Assembly (NCBI RefSeq): GCF_000281045.1
Contig: NW_008246131.1
Span: forward strand, 186,312 to 206,311
Direction of reading: 5' to 3'
DNA from: Saprolegnia diclina VS20
Taxonomy: Eukaryota
Length of the DNA stretch: 20,000 bases
Positions within the stretch are counted from its first letter, which is position 1. Each line of letters opens with the position of its first letter. A program made the translations under genes and the position numbers. A model generated the notes under the pieces. That model searched no databases and was not told the origin of the DNA. It was given only the letters and a program-made list of their open reading frames with translations. This document shows positions 8,880 to 17,200 of this stretch, one piece after another.

Positions 8880-10877
8880 CTACACTCGTCGGCGAAGGTA
8901 GCGCGTCGGGACGTTCTTGCCTTCCAACTCGTGCTGGATCCACGCATAGTAGCGCTCAAAGGTCACGCCCGCTTCAATCGCCTTCTCGTACAAGACCTAC
9001 GTCCGTCGATGAGCCACGCCATAGAGTATGCTGTCGACACTACTTCGTTGCTGATGTTGCAGCGGTCGTTTTCCAAGCCCGCGCCGTTCATCTTGATGGC
9101 GGCAGCCGTGAGCACGAAAAACTTGTGGCAAAATGAGCTCCACCTCAACCACGATGCACAAACCTCTTTGAGAATGTCGTCGACAAGGTCGTCGTCCTTG
9201 GCTTTCACGGTCGTTGGTGGCGGCAAGGTCGTCGCCAGTCGCTGCTTGAGGTGCTGCACCTCAAGCGACAACGAAGCCACCTAGCAGATCGTCAGAAAGC
9301 TCGTTTCTTGGCGCTTTGCTTGCCTTTTGCGTCTGCGCGGCTTCGCGCTGCATGAGCAGTGGGCATGTGGCGCACGACATTGGGGCTGCAGGGATGGGTA
9401 GCTTGGCAGGCGACTGTTTGGCCCGCACAAACTCCTTCTCGAGCTCAATGGAGAGCTCGTGGAAGAGCGACCCGCGCTTGAGGATCTCTGCCCGGCGTCG
9501 CTCGAGCGCCGATTCTTGGTGCAGCATCGTGCTCAAGTCGAACTCGCTCGGCTGTCGGCTGTGCGCGCCGCTCAGTTGTCGCGTATAGCCACGCGGCGAC
9601 GACAGCTCGCTTGGCTGGCGCGAGTGCTTTGGCGTTGGGACTGTTGCAATGGTGTCGACGAGCTCCTACGCGCTCGTGTCACGGGCTTGAATAGACAATG
9701 TGTCCAACTTCGTTTTTTAGTAGCAGATCGTGCGCCACTCGCTTCTCCTGCTCGAGCTGCTCGGTGAGCGCGGCGAGGTCGTCGCGCAACGCGTGCACCT
9801 GCGCCGCCGCCGACTCGGCGTCGTCTCGTGTTGTCTCGAACTGCTCCGTCTACGGGACGAGCAAGACGTCGAGATACTGCATGTAAGCGTGCATACGAGA
9901 AGCCGCAACTCGGAGAGAGACTGCGCATGGTTGACTTGAAGCGCTTTGAACTTTGGCTGCACCTCCAGGAGCGCTTCGACTGCCATTGCGTGGGCTTCCT
10001 CCAGCTGACGCACGCGCTGAGTTTGCTCGTGGTTGATGTCAAGCAGCTATATGCAAGGTGACGTGCTCCTCGGACAAGAAACAGTGATCCTACGTCGTCG
10101 CAGTGCCGCTGAAGTGCTGTGTTTTCGGCGTGAAGCTGCTTGGTCTCGGCCACAAGGGCGATATTGCGCTCGCGAAGCCCCGCAATTTCGGTGAGCAAGT
10201 CGTCTTGCGCGCGTCGCAGGAAGCGAGCGTCGTCCTTGGCCGACGCCAACTCGTCGCGAAGGGTCTTGGCCACACATCTATGGCAGCTTTATGCGTCCAT
10301 CTTGATTCAAATCGTGATATGTGAACCTTGCAGTAGCGCCGTCGGCGTCTGCCGCGCTCTGGTCGTGTAGGACCTTGGCATGCTGGAGGTCCAGGACGCG
10401 GTACTTGGCCGAAAGTTCGGCGACTTTGGCGCTCAGGCTCTAGTGCGAAGGTACAAAATACAAGTTTCGAAGAGGGGAGTACCTTGACATGGGCCTCGGC
10501 ATCTTCGCAGCGCTGCGTGAGCTACGTAGGTGTAAAGCACGCACATACGGCGTACGAAGACGCACACTGCCGACGCGATCTTCCATCTCGTAGTCGAGTT
10601 GCTGGTTCTGACGCAAGAGGGATTGGCCAATGCGCGCGGCCAGCTGCGTTTCTTCTTGGGACTCTTCGAGCGCCTTGGTCTGCTTCTCCAGCACGCTCTG
10701 CAGGCGTTGCACCTACCCGTCTAGACCGTCGCACGAGCAGCACCACCGGAAGCGCACCTCGTGCTCCTTCTGCAGTTTCTGGCGCTCGTGGGCGCCGCCA
10801 ACGACGATCGAATGGCCGCGCCGATGGCCCGCGACAAGCTTTCCGCGAAGGATTTCGAGAGAATCGTCTCCGTCCAT
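8880..10877 (-). CDS. Long coiled-coil protein (~515 aa, 11 exons) with CC1-box and Spindly-like motifs; candidate dynein-dynactin cargo adaptor
   Basis: Manual exon model: 10877-10758, 10712-10566, 10521-10483, 10439-10327, 10277-10094, 10046-9897, 9849-9709, 9665-9324, 9280-9164, 9121-9044, 8996-8880 (1548 nt, ending in TAG). Ten introns of 42-49 nt (nine GT-AG, one GC-AG) all restore the frame. Residues ~35-300 are heptad-rich. The last three exons are less certain. Confidence 0.82.
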
Positions 10878-10883
10878 TTGGGT

Positions 10884-10899
10884 AAAAGGTTCAATGAGC
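10884..10899 (-). promoter_or_regulatory. Oomycete initiator + FPR-like core promoter of the coiled-coil gene
   Basis: Minus strand reads GCTCATTGAACCTTTT, ending 6 nt before ATG 10877, which supports that start codon. Confidence 0.55.
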
Positions 10900-11320
10900 A
10901 GTGTCCGCTCGGTGGCTATCTTTAGTCGCTACCGTATTTCTTCGACCGGTGCGCCACGGGCGTCGGTTGAAGCGGCAGCGGAGTCGAGAAGAGAGCTCTT
11001 GGCCCACGGTGGCTTGTTGCCGCCGGTTGGGGCGCGATCCATTCTGCACCGATACCCAAGCAAACCGACCTCGTCACATTCGGCGACCATGACGTGGCAT
11101 GCTGTCAGAGCAGCTGGCCAAAAGATCCGCCGCATGGTTTGAACAGCAGTACTTGCAAATCGAAGGTCTCGTAGAAGGTGCGGATACATCCCAAAGCCTG
11201 CGTGGGCACAGGATAGCGCTCGCATGGAGGCGCGCCACGCGTCACTCGAGTTGGCAAGGATAAAACCTCTGAAAACGCATACGCATAATATCCGCAGGTG
11301 GCGAGATTGCAGTTGGGGCA

Positions 11321-13212
11321 ATGCACCTGACGTCGTTCGTCTGCCCCATTTCGCGCGACGTCATGCGCGACCCCGTGCTGGCGGTCGACGGCCACTCGTA
11401 CGAGCGCAGCGAGATAACTCGCTGGTTCCAGCAGCGGCTGACGAGCCCGGTCACCAACCAGCGCGTGGCGTCCGCCGCCGTCGTGCCCAACCACACGCTC
11501 AAGCAAGCCATCCAGGAAGCCCGCTCGCAAAGCGGCACAACGCGCCAAGCGAGCACTAGCCTTCCGCGGTCGTCCACCCGCCACGAAGCGCTGCCGGAAG
11601 ACGGCTACTTTGTCTACCAGCTTCTCGAGCCGATCCACTTGTGCTTGCAGCCGCGCATTCCAGCGTACACGGAGCGCGCGATGCTGCCGACCGGCGCGCC
11701 TCAAATCTTGCCGCCGGGGCAGCTGGTCATCGCCAACCGGCGCGAATATGGCGAAGACAACATAGTCTTTTTGCGGCTGCAAGGCTTTGGCAGCGGCGAA
11801 CCGCGGTACATTTACGAGGCGCGCCATGGCGTGGTCATGGCCACACGCCTCGACGCCGTGCGCGGCGTCAGGGTGTACAAGGTGCTGCAGCCGACGCGCG
11901 TCTCGGCGCAGCCGGCTGCGAGTACCGTTGGCGACGTTCTCGCAGCCGGCACGGTCGTTTCGACCGACCTCGTCGTCACTCCAGCGAGCGGGCAGGCGTT
12001 TGCTCGGCTCGAGCGCACAACCAAGTGGGTGCGTCTGGCGCAGCTGCGGCAGCTTCCACTGACCACGGGTCGGTACATCTTCAAACTTGAAGAAACGACA
12101 AAGGTGTCGACAAATGCCTTGGCGCGCGTGGGCGGGATCGTCGAGACAATGACAGCGCGTGCGGTTCTCGCCTGCGAGAGCTACGCCATCGACGACGCTC
12201 GCAACATGGTGCATGTGCATGTGGCGAAAGGCTGGCTCACGGTGCCACAAAGCGACCTGTACACCTCCCGACCCCCGCGGCTCGCGACCGAGCCCGCCGG
12301 TCAGAAAGCACTGGTGCTACTGCAAGGTGAGTACTACCTCCTCGTGCTCAACGAAGCCCAGTGGGACGGTTCGTACGCGCAGCGCATTCTACGCCACCTG
12401 CCGGATGACATGGACCGCCAGATCGACAACTGCATCACAAAAGGCCGGCACGTGACGCACGCGGCGCTCGGCCCGAACGGCGAGTGGTACGTGAGCGGCG
12501 CCAAGCCCGACGGTAGCGGCGCGCACTGCTGGTCCAAGCACACCTCAGCGTTCTTCCAGTCGCAAATGGCCCCGAACGCGACGGTGGCGTTTGGAAGCGA
12601 CGGCGCCTTTCTCATGGCCTTCCCCAGCGGCACCGCCGCCTCGGAGAAGGTGCCCGACGCCTATCACGACCGGCTCTGCAGTGGGCACCGCCTGATTTCG
12701 CTCGGGTTCCGTCCGCACAGATACAGCGTCGACGGTATCTTTGTCCTCGACAGCGCCGGGCTCATGTACCGATCGACGCCCGACTGGCTCCTCGAGGCGT
12801 ATGAGCGTGGCGCGGTGCGCGGCTCTGGCAAGATCTGCGGCGGTACGTGTCCCCTCTGCTGCATTCTCTTTATGACGGGATGATGCTAGTGGTGCTGGCC
12901 GAAGACAACTGGGTCCTTCTGCGCGAGCACAGTTTCGAGTCGGACGCGCCCAGCGCCGTGGAGAAGGCGCTGCGTGCGTTCTACGACCGCCATCGCAACA
13001 TGCAAGCCGCCCGAGCGCGGCTCCTGAGCTACTATGACCGGGTTGCGCGAGGCGCCGACCACGTGCGCATCGGACCCGTGTCGGCGCCGGCCGAGCCGAG
13101 CGACGACGAGTCGAACCGATCGTCCGACGACCGGTCCGACCCTCCGTCTTCGTTCAATGAGCCGTCGCGTAGCTCGTCGCCGCGCCCTAGCCGCCGTCGG
13201 CGTCTGTACTAA
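11321..13212 (+). CDS. U-box domain protein (putative E3 ubiquitin ligase) with SH3-like and beta-strand repeats, 2 exons, ~614 aa
   Basis: N-terminal FVCPISRDVMRDPVLAVDGHSYERSEITRWFQQRLTSPVTNQ...VVPNHTLKQAI is a canonical U-box. A 47-nt intron at 12843-12889 (GTACGT...TGCTAG) joins ORF 11321..12883 in frame to ORF 12847..13212. Confidence 0.9.
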
Positions 13213-14150
13213 GAACGAATGTTGCCGGCTTCTCGAGGCTGTCGATGGTCGCAAGCGTTGGCGCCTGGACGCGGTCGGTTCGAGCATCCTTGACAGAGGA
13301 CCGTAGTCTTACGCATAGCTGCAGCACCGACTGGAGCCTAGAAGCCGTGCATCGTTGATGTAAGCACACCACCAACCAGGTTGGCTCTTGCCCACGTCGT
13401 GCGACGACATCTGCAGGCCTCGGGACGCGACCGAGCGCTACCACGTGTACAGTACGTGACGAAGAAACACTTGGTGCAGCATCCTTCAACTTCCATCAGC
13501 GTACTGCAGGCCTAACAGCATGGAGCTCTGCGAAACGTTGCTCGTACGAGCCAGTGGACGTCGGCGAAGCCGAGGTACTAGTACAACGACGCCATGTGCC
13601 ACCGCCGTAGTATTCGCAAACGACGAGCTGGCTTGCATTGGGTGCACAGCCCCGTCCTCGCATCGGCCTCAACACGACGCAATGGACAGCCGACGCCGTG
13701 GCTGCCTCTGCAATGCAGGACGCGGTCACCAAGCAGCAATGTACCAAGTGCAAACTCGTTGCGATCCTCTGCCAAGCGAGAAAGCCGATCACCCTGCGCT
13801 GCGTCGAGGGAGCGGCCGTGGTGCGGAGTGGGCTGGGCGAAGTTGATTTACACGCTCATCGCCTACCATAGAGTCCAAGCGGCGCCTGCGGTGGTCGTCG
13901 GTTCTTGTACCGGGTAGCAAAGAGCGGCCGAGGAGCTGGTCGGGCGTGTCGCACATCGCAGTGACATGGACGAGCCCGCACCCCTCGGCCATAGCCACGC
14001 AGGTGTATGCATCGCTCCATGGCCTCGCGCCGCCTGTCGGTCCATGCTCGCGCTGCGTCTACCGACGTCGTTGTCGTCGCAGGCGGTGGCGGCCACCGAT
14101 GGGTGGTGTCCAGCGCCACGTTGGTGCTCCTGGGACGCCGAAGGACGATA

Positions 14151-14185
14151 TATCCGGATACCATGCCTGAGTGGCGTCCGGATAC
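14151..14185. promoter_or_regulatory. Palindrome TATCCGGATA plus a second TCCGGATAC copy upstream of the second anoctamin gene
   Basis: Perfect 10-bp palindrome at 14151-14160; direct repeat TCCGGATAC at 14153-14161 and 14177-14185. Confidence 0.4.
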
Positions 14186-14233
14186 GAGGCGAGGCCACTC
14201 GTCGACTGTCACAACCCGCTCTCTGCTTGCGCC

Positions 14234-17200
14234 ATGGAGTCGACGCCGCTGGTCGGGGACGTCGCCAAGCCGCCGGCGCCGCGGCCGAAGCTCTCCAAGT
14301 ACTCGTCCGTGCCCAACATGGCCAAGCCGAGCCTCGTTACCCGCGCGGCCACGTCCGACATTCCCGAGTTCAAGCGCTTCCTCTCGGCGCCCATTAGCGA
14401 GGACAGCGAGTACGGGCCGCCGTCGTCCATCGACGACTCGATGCTGCACGAGCACACGATGAAGAGCCTCCCGCGCAACGAGTCGAGCCAAGGCGGTGTG
14501 AACGGCGCCAGCACCACGTACGACGCGGCGGCGCCCGAGATGCGGTCGCTGCCGCCATCATACCGCAGCCAGTCGCCCGAGTGGGACTACGTCATTGTGT
14601 TTCCCAACCCCGAGCTGCGCATGCCCCTCAACGGCGAGACGCCACCGAGTCCCGCGAGCGGGAGCGCGCGCGCCGGCGTCATGAGCATGAGCGACGTGCT
14701 CACCAAGCTGCGCCAGGCCGGCCTCGACACGCAGCTCTCCAAGTCGACGCCGCCGCCCGCTTCGACAGCCGCAACGACCAAGTACGTGCCGCCCTACGTG
14801 TACTGCAAGATCCGCGCGACGCTCGACCGCCTCAAGGCCGAGGCGGCTCGCGTGCACATGGCGCTGCCGCTCGTCGAGAACCAGCTCGAGCGCATGGCCA
14901 AGCAGGGCGAAGTGCGCTTCCACATCGAGAGCCCGGAAGACCGCATCGCCGAGATGCAGCGCGAGGGCTTCGAGCCGCTGCCTGCCGAGAGCAAGCGGTC
15001 GAGTTCGCGCCGGACGTTCAAGAAGGTGCGGTACGAGCCCGGGCAGGACGTCGACGTGTTCGACCTCTTTGACGCAGGCGAGCTCGAGGACTTGGCGGCC
15101 GAAGAGACGGGCGAAGCGCGCAACCCGTCGCACAACAATGGCAACTCGTGGGTCGACCGCATGACGCTGCTTCTGCGCAAGTTCAAGTACAAGCCGTATC
15201 AGTTCATTCATATGCACTACCACCCGCAGGACAACATCCAGTGTCTCTACGGCTCACCGCTCTTCCCGACCACGAAGCGCATCCGGCTCCTCGAAAGCAT
15301 CATGACGAGCCCGCTCGGCGCCGGCTTGGACCTCGAGCTGCTGCTCAAGACCAAGTCGATCGCCGCCGCGTACCCGCTCCATGAAGACGACGCGCGCCGT
15401 GAGATCCGCGACATGTGGAACTCGTCGCTCTGGCTCACGCACCAGCCGATTGAGATGACGCGCGAGTACTTTGGATGCCAAGTCGCTCTCTTCCTCGCGT
15501 ACGTGGCGCACATGACCCGCTGGCTCCTTCTGCCGTCCGTCTTTGGGCTCTGCTTCCTCTTCATGGGCAAGACGCCGCTGGTCCCGCTCTTTGGCCTCTT
15601 CATGGTGTGCTGGTCGACGCTCTTTCTCAAAATGTGGAAGCGCAAGCTTGCCGTGCTCGGCATGAAGTGGGGCATGGCCGACTACCACGCGCCCGAGCAC
15701 GACAAGCCGTCGTTCGACGACGAGCGCAACTGGCACGTTCCAAAGGGGTCGACGTCGTCGCTCATCTTCCGCCGCGTGTTCTCCATGTGCGTGCTCTTGG
15801 TGCTCGTTGCGTGCGTCATGGCAAGCGTCGGCGGGCTCTTCTACCTCCGGTACCAGGCCGAGCTAGCGCCGGCCACCGCCGCGTGGCACGTCTCGGGCAA
15901 CTACACGCTTGAGATTGCGTTCCGCGGCGAGCTCCACCTCGTCGCGCTCCTCAACGTCGTCTCGATCTACCTCTGGACATATGTCTTCAACAAGCTGCAC
16001 ATGACGCTCAACGACTACGAGGTCTACCACGCCGAGGCGACCGCGCAGCAAGCGTACATTCTCAAGGCCATGTTCTTCCACTTTGTCAACCACTTTGCCG
16101 GGCCGGTGTACGTCGCCTTTGTCAAGACGCACGTCGAAGGCGTCCGCATGCAGTACGCGGGACCGGACATTGAGGCTGTCGCGGAGCTCAAGACGTACAT
16201 GCTGTACCTCTACGGCGCGCAGCTCGTGGTCCACAACGTTTGGATCGTGCTCCTTCCGTACGGCCGGCACCTCTTTTGCAAGACAAAGAAGCGCTGGCAA
16301 GCCCGCCGCCATTTGAACTCGCTCTTCAACGGCTCGAGTGTCAACGACGACCTTGAGGCACTCCCGATTTCCGGCTCGGTGAGCCTCCCGACCAAGCGGC
16401 TGCCGGTCGAAGTCCAGTTCCAGCTGCGCGATTATGGCTGGAAGGGTCTCTTCAACGACTACTTTCACATGGTTGTGCAATTTGGCTATGCAACGCTCTT
16501 TGTCGTCTCGTGCCCGTACCTCCCGCTCATGGCGTGCGTCCACAACATCGTCGCGATCCGCGCGCACGGCGTGCACCTCACGACGCTCTTCCGGCGGCCG
16601 AGCCCGCGCTCGGCGCAGCAGATTCGGCTTTGGACCTTCTTCCTCGAGCTGCTGTGTACGCTTGCGATTGGTACGAATGCTTGGGCGATCGTCGCCAAGG
16701 CCAAGCTCGCGCAAGCGGCGCTCGACACGTTCCACCAGCCGGAAATGTACTTTGTGCAAGCGCGCTGGATCTGCATCGGGCTCCTCTTCCTCGGTCTCTA
16801 CGCGCTCTCGTCCATCTTTGGCTTTTGCATCAACGACATTCCGTCGCGCGTGCGCGTCCAGCTCGAGCGCCAAGAGTACTACGTCTCCAAGGTCCTTCAT
16901 TTGGGGTACCGCTGGGACAAGGCGATGCACGCCATCATCTTCAGTGGCAGTCAAGAAGATCTCGAAGAGCAGGACGGGTACGGCTGGGACTATGCGATCG
17001 TGTTCCCCAACCCCGAGGTGCGCCGCCCGCCCAAGCTCCACCCGCTCACGGGCAAGATCGAGTCGACGCTCTCGATGCGCGACATGCTGCTCAAGCTTCA
17101 TAAAGCCGGGCTCCAAGTGCAGTTCTTCGACTCGGCCGCGATCGTGAGCTCGTACATCCCGTCCATGGTGCTCTGCAAGGTCCGCGCGAGCCGGCAGCGC

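Noticed and set aside
11105..12250. 381-aa minus-strand ORF
   Set aside because: Antisense to the clear U-box gene, with no recognisable protein features.
14171..14233. GTG start given by the ORF track for the large anoctamin
   Set aside because: This is a eukaryotic gene; the first in-frame ATG is at 14234 in a good GCCATGG context.
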